A DNA stretch of 64,000 nt from Candidatus Yanofskybacteria bacterium (lineage in GTDB: Bacteria > Patescibacteriota > Minisyncoccia > 2-02-FULL-40-12 > GWA2-44-9): NCBI GenBank assembly GCA_003151795.1, contig PLYL01000008.1, forward strand, positions 3,103 through 67,102, in the 5' to 3' direction. Positions 1 to 9,820 of the stretch are shown here, piece after piece. The notes beneath the pieces are model-generated. The model saw nothing but the letters and a program-made list of their open reading frames with translations. It did not search any database and had not been told where the DNA came from. Positions within the stretch are counted from its first letter, which is position 1; each line of letters opens with the position of its first letter. Position numbers and translations under genes: made by a program.

Positions 1-2
1 CT

Positions 3-470
3 TCGGGCGACTGGAGTGGTTCAAAGGGTCCAAGCGGTAGTGAAGTTGTCGGACCGTTTGCAGTGGACGGCACCAAGACCTACACATTGACATGCGATGG
101 AGGCGTCGGCACGGCGGTTCTCGTCGTCGGCCAGGGGGGACCGGGCGGTGATGCCAACACTGTCACTTCGCCCGACGGTTCCGTGACGGTCACGATTGTC
201 CAGCTGATTCCGGCGGCTGGCCCGCTAGTACCAGGGCAGCCGCAAATGATGAAGGTGCACGTCGTTAACAGAGGCGACGATCAGATTGAAATAGAAAATG
301 ACGTTTTCAATTCCATACATGATTTTCCAGCTCGCTCCGAAAATGATTCGAACTGGGGATCATCTTTCGGATCTCTCTCGGGTTCGTTCCCCATTATCCA
401 TCTGAAAGGAACATATAGCAAGACGTATCCACAGGTATCGTGGACGATGGAGTTCCCGGGCTGGCCTTAA
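3..470 (+). CDS. C-terminal part of a secreted/surface protein with CPR-type Ig-like repeat (5' truncated by window)
   Basis: Frame is open from position 3 (SGDWSGSKGPSGSEVVGP...TYTLTC), resembling the DWSGVK...YTYVLTC repeat of the next gene. Confidence 0.7.
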   Translation, partial: SGDWSGSKGPSGSEVVGPFAVDGTKTYTLTCDGGVGTAVLVVGQGGPGGDANTVTSPDGSVTVTIVQLIPAAGPLVPGQPQMMKVHVVNRGDDQIEIENDVFNSIHDFPARSENDSNWGSSFGSLSGSFPIIHLKGTYSKTYPQVSWTMEFPGWP

Positions 471-479
471 GTCTCGCGA

Positions 480-529
480 AAGAAGCCCCGTGCTGAAAGC
501 ACCGCTTCTGGCGCGGGGCTTCTTTTGTT
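480..529 (+). terminator. Intrinsic terminator with branched inner hairpin
   Basis: aagaagccccg...cggggcttctt followed by ttgttt; inner gtgct-gaa-agcac. Confidence 0.7.
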
Positions 530-576
530 TATAAGATTGTTTGTTATAGGTGTTCATTTAGTTTTATAATAGCGGT

Positions 577-3006
577 ATGCAGTCAAAGAGAATCTTTCTT
601 GTCTTTGGTTTAGGCTTTCTTTTATTTGTTTCTTTTTCTCACACCGCCAAGGCTACTCCTCTTGGGAATAATGGCGGTACCACCAGCGGTTACTATGAGG
701 TAGACGGCGATAATGAAACAAAGGATCAGACCTTTTGGTTGCCGGGTCCGGCCGGCCAGACGTTTTATTATGGCGTTAACTCCGCGGGCGATTCAAATGA
801 TCCTGGGTCAATGACGGTTGATATTTGTTTCTGGGGTACTGCGCCGGGGGCTATATTTTGTGAAACTCCAATCAGTAGCCAACCTATTGGTAACTCTTTT
901 AACGCTGGGGGATACAACCCTTACAGAATTCCCAATAGTGGAGATATTGGAGGGGGTATGGGCCTAAACGATGTTTCCTCATATCGCGTGTGGGTACATA
1001 TTTGGGTTGATAGTTCCAGTAAATACAAAACAGGGACTACGGTTACCGCATACGGCCGATATGTGGTGGCGGGGACTTTGAGCGCATCAGCCACAACTAT
1101 TTCGCCAGGTGATCCCGTAACACTTAATTTTAATGCCACTAATGGGATGAGAGGTTACGTATTTAATGTCAATACTGGACAGTATGTTTCTGATCAGCTT
1201 AGCCCTAATGGGTCATGGACAACTCATCCAAGCCAAACAACTACGTATCGCTTTGCCGTTTATGGACCAGGATTATACTGGTACGACGACTCTAGTAACT
1301 GGGTTAATACTAACGATGTAACAGTTACCGTCGCTTCTTTTGTAAACCTGAATTTTCAGGTGACGGATGGGTGTTCGGGCGGGCTGACGGCGACTCCGGC
1401 CACCATCACCCTAAACAATGATTACGGCGGAGGGACGACCACGACGGCTAATGGTTCTGGCTTCGCGACTATTTCTGTCAGTCCGAATACTAATATTGGA
1501 TGGAGTTCGGCGGTGAATGGGTATGATACCGTGGGCGGAAGTGTTAATTCCGGCAATGGGACGACCGTCAATGTGGTACAGACGCGCACCTGTGGCGGCG
1601 GCACCCCGACTCCAACACCCACACCCACCCCTTCTCCTACCCCCATAAACGCAACACCCACACCCACCCCTTCTCCTACCCCCATAAACGCAACACCCAC
1701 ACCCACCCCTTCTCCAACTCCCATAAACGCAACACCCACTCCGACACCTTCTCCAACTCCTACCTGCCAAGATTCGGCCGCCACTAACTATGGCGGGCCA
1801 TTACCATGCACCTATTCTCCAGCCCCCACTGCCCACATAACCGCCAATGGCCAAAGCGGCATTGTTTGGGTTCCGCTTTGGTCTCAACCAACAATAGCGT
1901 GGGTTTCAAACGCGGCCTCGTGCAATGTATATATCGGCACGAATCAAGGTTATGATAACACCAGTCCGTGGTCGGCGGGCCATGCCAACTATACTGCGAC
2001 TTCTCCGCCGATTGGAGGAGACACGGTATTTTTCTTGGTGTGCGATGGCGGGGCTAGTTCCGACGAGGTAACCGTGAGACCGTTGCCAGCCTCAACACCG
2101 ACGCCAACACCAGGAAGTAATTCCGGAGCGGATTCGTGCACGGTGACGGTGCAAGCCCGGCCCGGCCCGAGCGTATCATTAACGGCAAACCCGAGTACTT
2201 TAAACTGGAATAATTCCGGCTCGACGCTGAATTGGTCATCAAGCAACGCCGATGCTTGCGGTGCTTCCGTCGATTGGTCCGGCGTCAAAGCATTATCCGG
2301 TTCGCAGGGTATAGGGGCTCTGACGCCCGGAAGATACACCTACGTCCTGACCTGTTCCGGTAACGGCTCGGGTCAATCAACGGCGTACGTTACGGTCAAT
2401 TCGCCGGTGCCGACCGCTTATAGCGTGACCCATTCCGAACCGGATTATTGTTTATCCGGCCCGGGCGGCTATGTGGCTTGGTCATACTCTGACCCGTCAG
2501 GCAGTCCGCAAACCGCCTATGAAGTTAAAATCGGCGGTTATGATTCCGGAAAGTTAACTTCGTCTTCCAAGATATTCGCGATTCCGAACGGCGCCTTGAA
2601 TTTCAATAACACCTACAACGCCCAAGTCATGGTCTGGAACACCTACGACCAGCCGTCAGCATGGTCCACTCCAACCGCGAATTGGACGACCCCGCCGTAT
2701 GCCTATCCCGATGTTATCTCGCCATATCAATTCACCTGGCCGACTCCGCCTAAGCCCCAGCAGAATAAGCCGGTCCAGTTCACCGACCACACTGTGTTCG
2801 GCGCCGGCGGCAATCACTCCTGGAGCTGGAATTTCGGCGATGGCGGCACCTCGACCCAGCCGAGTCCAGCCCACACCTATACCACCATCGGCAATTATAC
2901 GGTTAATCTCATCGCTACCGACGCCGCCGGCCAGAGTTGCGGTCTTTCCCAATCTCTCAATGTTCAAAAACCCATTCCGGTCATTAAAGAAGTGGCGCCA
3001 AAATAA
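577..3006 (+). CDS. Secreted surface protein with Ig-like repeats, Pro/Thr linker and C-terminal PKD domain
   Basis: Signal peptide; PT repeats; WSWNFGDG...PAHTY...GNYTVNL PKD motif. Confidence 0.85.
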   Translation: MQSKRIFLVFGLGFLLFVSFSHTAKATPLGNNGGTTSGYYEVDGDNETKDQTFWLPGPAGQTFYYGVNSAGDSNDPGSMTVDICFWGTAPGAIFCETPISSQPIGNSFNAGGYNPYRIPNSGDIGGGMGLNDVSSYRVWVHIWVDSSSKYKTGTTVTAYGRYVVAGTLSASATTISPGDPVTLNFNATNGMRGYVFNVNTGQYVSDQLSPNGSWTTHPSQTTTYRFAVYGPGLYWYDDSSNWVNTNDVTVTVASFVNLNFQVTDGCSGGLTATPATITLNNDYGGGTTTTANGSGFATISVSPNTNIGWSSAVNGYDTVGGSVNSGNGTTVNVVQTRTCGGGTPTPTPTPTPSPTPINATPTPTPSPTPINATPTPTPSPTPINATPTPTPSPTPTCQDSAATNYGGPLPCTYSPAPTAHITANGQSGIVWVPLWSQPTIAWVSNAASCNVYIGTNQGYDNTSPWSAGHANYTATSPPIGGDTVFFLVCDGGASSDEVTVRPLPASTPTPTPGSNSGADSCTVTVQARPGPSVSLTANPSTLNWNNSGSTLNWSSSNADACGASVDWSGVKALSGSQGIGALTPGRYTYVLTCSGNGSGQSTAYVTVNSPVPTAYSVTHSEPDYCLSGPGGYVAWSYSDPSGSPQTAYEVKIGGYDSGKLTSSSKIFAIPNGALNFNNTYNAQVMVWNTYDQPSAWSTPTANWTTPPYAYPDVISPYQFTWPTPPKPQQNKPVQFTDHTVFGAGGNHSWSWNFGDGGTSTQPSPAHTYTTIGNYTVNLIATDAAGQSCGLSQSLNVQKPIPVIKEVAPK
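1612..1764 (+). repeat. 39-bp tandem repeat encoding TPTPTPSPTPINA (about 3.5 copies)
   Basis: Repeated acacccacacccaccccttctcc(t/a)ac(c/t)cccataaacgca. Confidence 0.9.
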
Positions 3007-3461
3007 TGACTAATTATTTTAAAGCAAATAAAAAATTTATTAGTGCCACGGTTGCGGTTGCGGTGATTATCGCGACAGCCATTTTATTGGGCCGAGCCGG
3101 ATATTTTCAGCATAAATTAACAAGCAACGAATTTTCCGGTATGATTACGGGTGTTCAGTATCGGGTTATCACGATGAAAGGGGTTTATACTGTTTCGCAA
3201 CAGACGAATACTGATCCGGCGGTCATCCGCGAAATTACAGCCTCAATCACTCCCGAAGCCAAGATTTATAAGCAATCGGGGAACCCGTTCGCGGGCCAAG
3301 CGGTTAAAACATCAGTTACGTTCGATGAGTTGACCGCCGACATTCAACAGAAAAAATTTGTGTTAGCTAAAATCCACGCCAGTTATGACATTAACTTTAA
3401 GTCCCATGTCGTTCCCTATGAAGTCGTATATACGACAGATCCGCATGTACCCATTCAATAA
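3006..3461 (+). CDS. Hypothetical protein with N-terminal membrane anchor
   Basis: Overlaps upstream stop; hydrophobic N-terminus. Confidence 0.75.
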   Translation: MTNYFKANKKFISATVAVAVIIATAILLGRAGYFQHKLTSNEFSGMITGVQYRVITMKGVYTVSQQTNTDPAVIREITASITPEAKIYKQSGNPFAGQAVKTSVTFDELTADIQQKKFVLAKIHASYDINFKSHVVPYEVVYTTDPHVPIQ

Positions 3462-3463
3462 TT

Positions 3464-4285
3464 ATGATTAAAAAATTTCTATTATTAACACTATTGGTAT
3501 TAGCAGGGTTATCTTTTTATTTTCATCATGGCGTTCAAGCGGCGGGAACCGCAACTATCACCGCCAATGGCCAAAGCGGCATTGTTTGGGTCCCGCTTTG
3601 GTCTCAACCAACAATAGCGTGGACTTCAGATGCCAGCACTTGCGATGTTTTTATCGGTACGAATCAAGGCCATGGATCAGAGCCTTGGTCCTCGGGCCAT
3701 CCCAGCTATACCGCGACTTCTCCGCCGATTGGGGCAGACACGGTATTTTTCTTGGTATGTTATACCTCGCCCGATTTCGCGAACCCGTCTAGTTCCGACG
3801 AAGTAACCGTGAGGCCTCTTCCAGCCCCCACCGCCTCCATCATCGTCAATGGCTCACATGATGTGACCACATCCGTTCCTTCTGGAACTGCCGTAGAAGT
3901 AACATGGTCTTCCAATGCCACTTACTGCCAGGTGCATCGCGGTGACGCCACAAATGACGGCCCAATTGCCTGGGAAGGTGCAAATGGTGACGTCAGTACT
4001 CCTATTACGTCATACACTAGATTTCGTTTATATTGCCAGGGTCCGAACGGTTCAGCTTTTGACCAAGCCTCGGTGGATGTGTCTGCTCCACCCGCCGTCG
4101 TTACGCATATCAGTTGTGACCCGGGTACCGTAGCATATGGCGGATCATCAAATATATCTTGGTCTTCAAGTTATGCCTCGTCATGCACGGTCTCGCCGGG
4201 CGGCTGGTCGGGAATTTCCGGCGGGCCTAACTCGACCGGCACGCTTTACTCCTCGACGACTTACACGATAAGTTGCAGCCGGTAA
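3464..4285 (+). CDS. Secreted surface protein with three Ig-like repeats; first repeat nearly duplicates one in 577..3006
   Basis: Signal peptide; ITANGQSGIVWVPLWSQPTIAW shared. Confidence 0.8.
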   Translation: MIKKFLLLTLLVLAGLSFYFHHGVQAAGTATITANGQSGIVWVPLWSQPTIAWTSDASTCDVFIGTNQGHGSEPWSSGHPSYTATSPPIGADTVFFLVCYTSPDFANPSSSDEVTVRPLPAPTASIIVNGSHDVTTSVPSGTAVEVTWSSNATYCQVHRGDATNDGPIAWEGANGDVSTPITSYTRFRLYCQGPNGSAFDQASVDVSAPPAVVTHISCDPGTVAYGGSSNISWSSSYASSCTVSPGGWSGISGGPNSTGTLYSSTTYTISCSR

Positions 4286-4325
4286 CAACTAAAATCCGCC
4301 CGCTTCGGCGGGTTGATTTTAGTTG
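4286..4325 (+). terminator. Bidirectional hairpin terminator
   Basis: caactaaaatc...cccgcttcggcggg...gattttagttg. Confidence 0.65.
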
Positions 4326-4360
4326 ACCAAAAGTCATTTTTTTAGTACTATTTTCGAATT

Positions 4361-4906
4361 ATGATTGAAACACATCCCTTACCGGTTCACGTGGTGCGTA
4401 TCAAATTATTGAAGTCGCTTTTGGCGATGATTGAGAACTCTGCCAAGGGTGGCAACAACTATTTTTTCCGTAATTTATGGGCCGACGAAGACGGTAAAGA
4501 AATTGATATTTTGGAAAACGGTCAAAATTCGTGCTGTGCGCATGTGACTTGGATTTTGTATCTCCTGAACGATACCTTGGAGTATGCTAAAAAACCACAC
4601 TGGATAAAGTTTAAGCACGCGACGGTATTTTCGACCGAAAAAGATTTGCTGGCGAACGGCTGGTTTGAGATTAAAGACCATCGGCCCGGGGCGGTAATTA
4701 TCTGGGAACCGAGAACGGCTTCGGTGCACGGACTTTTGGGCGACAAAAACGCGGAGCTTCAGCACATTGGTTTTTGCGTCAGCGAGACCGAGGCGATTAG
4801 CAATGATTCCAAAAAGACAGGCTTCCCAGTTCGCCACCACATTACTTACAATGAAACTCGGCCGATTAAAAAAATTCTCTGGCATCCGGAGCTAGATAAT
4901 GACTAA
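4361..4906 (+). CDS. Putative NlpC/P60- or CHAP-like cysteine hydrolase
   Basis: SCCAHV Cys motif, PGAVIIW, HIGF His motif. Confidence 0.55.
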   Translation: MIETHPLPVHVVRIKLLKSLLAMIENSAKGGNNYFFRNLWADEDGKEIDILENGQNSCCAHVTWILYLLNDTLEYAKKPHWIKFKHATVFSTEKDLLANGWFEIKDHRPGAVIIWEPRTASVHGLLGDKNAELQHIGFCVSETEAISNDSKKTGFPVRHHITYNETRPIKKILWHPELDND

Positions 4907-4908
4907 TC

Positions 4909-5442
4909 ATGCAAGACATTAAAATCGAAGCCCCACTTTGCAATCAGTATGATAAAGCCCACGACGAATCGTGGGCTTATCGGATGTGCGCGCCGTGCTC
5001 GCTTTGGATGCTTCTGAAGCATCATGATTCAGGGTTTGCTTTATCGCCCTTGGATTTGCGTGACAAACTTATGGCCCGCGATGGCTATCTAGAGAATATC
5101 GGCTTTAAGCATCAGGCCATCGCCGATATGGCTCGCGAATACGGGCTGCCGCTCACGTACGCGAAGAGATTTTTTTACACGCCAGAAGAAAAGGAAATTG
5201 GGATGGCAATCATCGACAAAAATCTGGAAGCTGGCCAGCCGATCATGGTTTCTATGTTCTCACATTTTAATCCGGCTCGGGGCGGCCACATGCTTGTCAT
5301 TCACGGTCTGCAGAAATTTAATGGCGTAACAATCGGTTATTATATCCAAAGCTCCGACGCTTCGTTCCGGGGTCATAATTATTTCGTTACCAAAGAAGAA
5401 TTCGTCCCTAACTGGCGCGGAGGATTGGTGTATAAGGACTAG
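4909..5442 (+). CDS. Peptidase C39-like protein
   Basis: NQYD...CAPCSLWM and GGHMLVIHG motifs. Confidence 0.7.
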   Translation: MQDIKIEAPLCNQYDKAHDESWAYRMCAPCSLWMLLKHHDSGFALSPLDLRDKLMARDGYLENIGFKHQAIADMAREYGLPLTYAKRFFYTPEEKEIGMAIIDKNLEAGQPIMVSMFSHFNPARGGHMLVIHGLQKFNGVTIGYYIQSSDASFRGHNYFVTKEEFVPNWRGGLVYKD

Positions 5443-5490
5443 CAAAAACCCTCAAATTGTGATAGATTTTGGCTACCCAAATTGATATTT

Positions 5491-5567
5491 GGGGGTGTAG
5501 CTCAATTGGTTAGAGCGCGTCCCTGTCACGGACGAGGTTGCGGGTTCGAGTCCCGTCACTCCCGCCA
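5491..5567 (+). tRNA. tRNA-Asp(GTC)
   Basis: Cloverleaf; anticodon arm cgtcc-ctGTCac-ggacg; GGTTCGA T-loop; encoded CCA. Confidence 0.97.
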
Positions 5568-5624
5568 GTAAAAATGATATGATTCCCAAAGGTCGATGTA
5601 CTTAATTAACCTAATTACAAAACT

Positions 5625-5780
5625 ATGATAAAAGGAAATTTTCTTGGGGCGGCGATTGTCGCAATAATCTACACGGTCTATATCGTATGGAATCCTCTTG
5701 CGGCGAAAGGACACACAGTATTGATATTGGTGATTCTTAACGCTTTGACTATCGTGTTGATGGCTTTTGCATTCAAATGA
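5625..5780 (+). CDS. Small two-helix membrane protein (51 aa), not in ORF track
   Basis: MIKGNFLGAAIVAIIYTVYIVWNPLAAKGHTVLILVILNALTIVLMAFAFK; two hydrophobic segments. Confidence 0.55.
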   Translation: MIKGNFLGAAIVAIIYTVYIVWNPLAAKGHTVLILVILNALTIVLMAFAFK

Positions 5781-5807
5781 CACAAAGTTGAAATAAGAAG
5801 TTTCTAC

Positions 5808-6602
5808 ATGAACAATATAATTGAGGTCAGGAACCTCACGAAAAAATTCGATCATTCAAACGCCGTCGACGACGTGTCTTTTTCGGTGGCTGAAGGCGAG
5901 ATTTTTGCTTTTCTCGGGCCGAATGGCGCCGGCAAATCGACGGCCATCAGAATGCTGACGACCTTGCTCCACCCCACCAGCGGCACCATGGCCATCAATG
6001 GATTGGATCCCGTCCAGAAGCCCGATGCGGTTCGGCGGATGTTCGGGATTGTTTTTCAAGACCCCAGCCTGGACGATGAATTAACCGCTTGGGAAAATAT
6101 GGAATTTCACGGGATACTCTACGATATTCCCAATCCTTTGCGCCGAGACCGCATGAAGCAACTTCTTGAATTCGTCGAACTCTGGGACCGCAAAGATGAT
6201 TTAGTGAAAGAATTTTCCGGCGGGATGAAACGGCGCCTGGAAATCGCCCGGGGCCTGCTCCATCATCCGAAAATTATTTTTCTCGATGAACCGACGCTTG
6301 GCCTTGATCCGCAAACTAGAAACGGGATGTGGATGTATCTCAAAGAGCTGAATAAGAATGAAAACACGACCATTTTTTTCACCACGCACTACATGGAAGA
6401 AGCCGAGCGCATCGCCCAAAGAATCGCCATCATCGACCACGGGAAAATAATCGCTTCAGGAACATCGGAGGAATTGAAACGGCAAACGGCCACCGCTTCA
6501 CTCGAAGAAGCTTTCCTGAAGCTGACCGGAAAAACAATCCGCGACGAATCCGTTGGTTCGGCCGAGCACATGCGGACGGCCCGGCGCATGTGGCGGAGAT
6601 AG
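5808..6602 (+). CDS. ABC transporter ATP-binding protein (DrrA-like)
   Basis: GPNGAGKS, FSGGM, LDEPT. Confidence 0.93.
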   Translation: MNNIIEVRNLTKKFDHSNAVDDVSFSVAEGEIFAFLGPNGAGKSTAIRMLTTLLHPTSGTMAINGLDPVQKPDAVRRMFGIVFQDPSLDDELTAWENMEFHGILYDIPNPLRRDRMKQLLEFVELWDRKDDLVKEFSGGMKRRLEIARGLLHHPKIIFLDEPTLGLDPQTRNGMWMYLKELNKNENTTIFFTTHYMEEAERIAQRIAIIDHGKIIASGTSEELKRQTATASLEEAFLKLTGKTIRDESVGSAEHMRTARRMWRR

Positions 6603-6613
6603 CTTTTATTATT

Positions 6614-7360
6614 ATGAAAAAAATATACATTCTTTGGCTAAGGCAAATTAAGCGGTATCTGCGGTCCCGCTCGCGCATCGTGGGTTCTTTGGCTCAACCA
6701 ATCTTGTTCCTGCTGGCGCTAGGCTATGGTTTTGGTTCGGTGTTCCAGCAGGCCGGCCAGGGCAATTACGTCGAATTCTTGGCGCCGGGGATTATCGGCA
6801 TGGGCATTATTTTTACGGCGATTTTTACCGGAATCGAGATTATCTGGGATCGCCAGTTCGGATTTTTAAAAGAAATGATGGTCGCGCCGGTCTCGCGCTT
6901 GAGCATCATGTTCGGGCGGACGCTGGGCGGGGCGACGATTGCCGTGATGCAAGGCATTATCGTGCTCGCCCTTTCGCTTTTCTTGGGATTCCATCCTTAT
7001 GCCTGGGCGGGGATTTCGCTGGCCATCGGGGTGATGTTTTTGATTGCCCTTCTTTTTACCGCTCTTGGCACCATGATTACGTCGTTGCTCGACGACATGC
7101 AGGGGTTCCAGCTGATTATGAACTTTCTGGTGATGCCCTTGTTCTTTCTGTCCGGCGCCTTGTTTCCGCTCAAGGGCCTGCCGCCGGCCCTGGCCATCAT
7201 CGCCCGACTCGATCCGCTCTCCTACGGAATTGATGCGCTCCGCATCCTCCTGATTAATGTCGGCTTTTACGGCCTGGGCACGGATATTCTTGTTTTGACC
7301 GCGGTAACCGCCGTCTTCTTGTGGCTGGGAAGTTATTTCTTCAAAAAAATTCAGATTTAA
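6614..7360 (+). CDS. ABC-2 type transporter permease
   Basis: Six TM segments; DRQFGFLKEMMVAP; FLSGALFP. Confidence 0.9.
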   Translation: MKKIYILWLRQIKRYLRSRSRIVGSLAQPILFLLALGYGFGSVFQQAGQGNYVEFLAPGIIGMGIIFTAIFTGIEIIWDRQFGFLKEMMVAPVSRLSIMFGRTLGGATIAVMQGIIVLALSLFLGFHPYAWAGISLAIGVMFLIALLFTALGTMITSLLDDMQGFQLIMNFLVMPLFFLSGALFPLKGLPPALAIIARLDPLSYGIDALRILLINVGFYGLGTDILVLTAVTAVFLWLGSYFFKKIQI

Positions 7361-7370
7361 CAAAATTACG

Positions 7371-7757
7371 ATGCAAATAATGAAGCACAAGCATTTTTGG
7401 CGTTACGTCTTTGCAGGATTATTGATTGCGCTCATCGCGCTGCTGGGCTGGCTGATTTTTGACGTCAGAGATTTGTATCGCGGAGGCATGTTAAGGCCGA
7501 CGGGGGGATTCCGCCGGACGTATGTTCGAGAGCAGGCATCGGATACTTCTCAAATTCAGAGTTGGATGACTTTTTCGTACATTAATCATATTTTTAATCT
7601 GCCGCCAGCCTATCTGGCGTCGGCGTTGGCCATTCAAGACAGCCGTTACCCGGATTTAATCGTTAGCCAGTACGCCAAAAGTAAAAACCTGATTGATGCT
7701 GATTTTTTGAAGCAGGTCCAAGATTCAGTGAGTCAGTATCTTCAGAGCGCTCATTAA
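7371..7757 (+). CDS. Membrane-anchored hypothetical protein
   Basis: TM helix; IQSWMTFSYIN segment; operonic. Confidence 0.75.
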   Translation: MQIMKHKHFWRYVFAGLLIALIALLGWLIFDVRDLYRGGMLRPTGGFRRTYVREQASDTSQIQSWMTFSYINHIFNLPPAYLASALAIQDSRYPDLIVSQYAKSKNLIDADFLKQVQDSVSQYLQSAH

Positions 7758-8360
7758 ATGAGTTTAGTCTTTCAGAACATTCTTGGCTGGATTCTGGTCT
7801 ATAAATACTCCACGCTCTTTGCGGTTTCGTTTCTTTCTTCTCTCGGGGTGCCGTTGCCGGCCGCCGCGAGCACGGTGGCCTCGGCCGCTTTCGCGAGCCA
7901 GGGCTATCTCAACCTGGGAGCGGTTTTAATCGTGGGCCTGCTCGGAAATATTATCGGTGATTTCGCCGCCTACGGCTTAGTGAGAAAATACGGCAAACCG
8001 GTTTTGTACTGGTTTCATCTGGGGAAAGTGGTCGAATCTCAAGTTTTAAAAAATGTCGAGAATATCGAGAATACCTACAAAGCCACGGTGATCATGGCCA
8101 GCCGTTTTCAGGATCAGGCCACGACCCTCGTGAATATTATTGCCGGCCTGGGCAACATGGACTTCAAGCACTTCGCGCTCTATGCGGTTATTGGCGACGT
8201 CCTGCAGATTTTGTTTTACAGCGCTATCGGCTATTTCTTCGCCGGGAGCTGGCAGTCATTATATAACGCGGTTGGCGTGTTTGGCTGGCTGATTATTCTC
8301 GGCACGACCGTGGTGGCGATTCTAGCCTCGCGCAAATTTGTAAAACAATTATTAAAATAA
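7758..8360 (+). CDS. DedA/VTT family membrane protein
   Basis: GVPLP, GNIIGD..Y..GR-like, SRF, AG..MDFKHF. Confidence 0.85.
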   Translation: MSLVFQNILGWILVYKYSTLFAVSFLSSLGVPLPAAASTVASAAFASQGYLNLGAVLIVGLLGNIIGDFAAYGLVRKYGKPVLYWFHLGKVVESQVLKNVENIENTYKATVIMASRFQDQATTLVNIIAGLGNMDFKHFALYAVIGDVLQILFYSAIGYFFAGSWQSLYNAVGVFGWLIILGTTVVAILASRKFVKQLLK

Positions 8361-9451
8361 TGAAAAAAGATATCGTCCTTTATTTTGCGGTTCTTTGGAT
8401 TCTGGCGCCGGCGGCGAGCCAAGCCAGCTATCATTTTGCCGATTTTAAGGGCCATCCGCCGCTGCATATTTATTCGGCCAATAAAAAGACGCCGACCGGC
8501 CTATCGCCGGATAAAATCAAATCCGCGTACAACTTGCCGGCCACGGGTGGCAAGGGCGTCATCGCGATTATTGACGCTTATGCTTCGCCGACGCTCGAGA
8601 AGGATTTAGCCGTCTTTAATTCTGCTTTTGGTCTGGCTTCCTGCACGGTCGCGAATGGCTGTCTAGAATTGCACCCCATGGCCGCAAAAATGACCGCGAA
8701 TTCCGGCTGGGCTTTGGAAACCGCGCTCGATGTTGAGTGGGCCCACGCGATTGCGCCCCAGGCCAAGATTCTTTTGGTCGAAGCGGTGACGCCGAGCGGC
8801 GCAAATTTAATTAACGCGGTTGATTATACCCGTGGCCGAAGCGATGTTGCGGCTATCTCGATGAGCTGGGGCGGAGCGGAATTTTCTGATGAAACAACGC
8901 TTGATACTCATTTCGTCAGCAGTTACGGCGCGATATTTTTTGCTTCTTCCGGTGATAATGGCGCCGGGGTCAGTTGGCCGGCCTCGTCGCCGCATGTGGT
9001 CGGCGTCGGGGGCACCACATTGACGTTTAGTAAAACAGGCGCTTTTCAAAAAGAGTTAGCGTGGCCGGGAAGCGGGGGCGGGGTCAGCGCCTATGAATCC
9101 CAGCCCTCATTTCAAGCTGGCTATAATATCAGCAAAGCCAATAAGCATCGGGCCGTGCCCGACGTCTCTTACAACGCCGATCCGAAATCAGGCTACTCGG
9201 TCTATGAAAAAGGAGCGTGGTACGTGCTGGGCGGGACGAGCGCCGGCGCGCCGCAATGGGCGGCCATTCAAGCGTTAGGCGGAACGGCTTCGAACGATAA
9301 GTTTTATACCGACAAGGCAGGAGATAATAACAAGAATTACTTTCGAGACATCATAAGCGGAAGCAATGGCGATTGCACCTATTACTGCGACGCGCACAAA
9401 CACTACGACTATATCACTGGCCTCGGCTCGCCATTAACCGCAACATTTTAG
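8360..9451 (+). CDS. S53 (sedolisin-like) serine peptidase
   Basis: ETALDVE, SSGD, GGTS, C-terminal YDYITGLGSP. Confidence 0.9.
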   Translation: MKKDIVLYFAVLWILAPAASQASYHFADFKGHPPLHIYSANKKTPTGLSPDKIKSAYNLPATGGKGVIAIIDAYASPTLEKDLAVFNSAFGLASCTVANGCLELHPMAAKMTANSGWALETALDVEWAHAIAPQAKILLVEAVTPSGANLINAVDYTRGRSDVAAISMSWGGAEFSDETTLDTHFVSSYGAIFFASSGDNGAGVSWPASSPHVVGVGGTTLTFSKTGAFQKELAWPGSGGGVSAYESQPSFQAGYNISKANKHRAVPDVSYNADPKSGYSVYEKGAWYVLGGTSAGAPQWAAIQALGGTASNDKFYTDKAGDNNKNYFRDIISGSNGDCTYYCDAHKHYDYITGLGSPLTATF

Positions 9452-9487
9452 TTGTCAGATTTAGTCAAAATTGGTAGAGTAAAGCCC

Positions 9488-9820
9488 ATGCATCGGCCCA
9501 TGCTTGTTATTTTGGGAATCGGAATTCTGGCCGCGATCGCGGTGGGGATTTTGATGTATTCGACCGATCCGTTTACGGCCAGCACGGGGATTAAGGCGCT
9601 ACTTTTTATTTCGGTTTTTATTTTGATTATGAGTGTCTCGGCCCTTGTGCTTTATGGAATCGCGGTGGCGTGGCATAACGGGATGCGATATTTTTTCGCG
9701 AACTATTTCGGCCCGGAAGAATCATATTTTAAATCAAGTTTTCAGGGCGCGGTATTGGTTACGGTAATAATGATGCTCGTAATCGGTCTGCGCCGATTCG
9801 GATTACTGCAATGGAAATAA
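9488..9820 (+). CDS. Membrane protein
   Basis: Three hydrophobic segments. Confidence 0.7.
   Translation: MHRPMLVILGIGILAAIAVGILMYSTDPFTASTGIKALLFISVFILIMSVSALVLYGIAVAWHNGMRYFFANYFGPEESYFKSSFQGAVLVTVIMMLVIGLRRFGLLQWK

Noticed and set aside
1411-2339. Antisense ORFs with GV or GC-rich repeats
   Set aside because: Shadows of the Pro/Thr repeat of the surface protein
1840-3826. DGR template/variable repeat pair
   Set aside because: Differences are not adenine-specific, include indels, both copies are coding, and no reverse transcriptase is in the window
5491-9451. Integrative island at tRNA-Asp
   Set aside because: No integrase and no duplicated tRNA 3' end found
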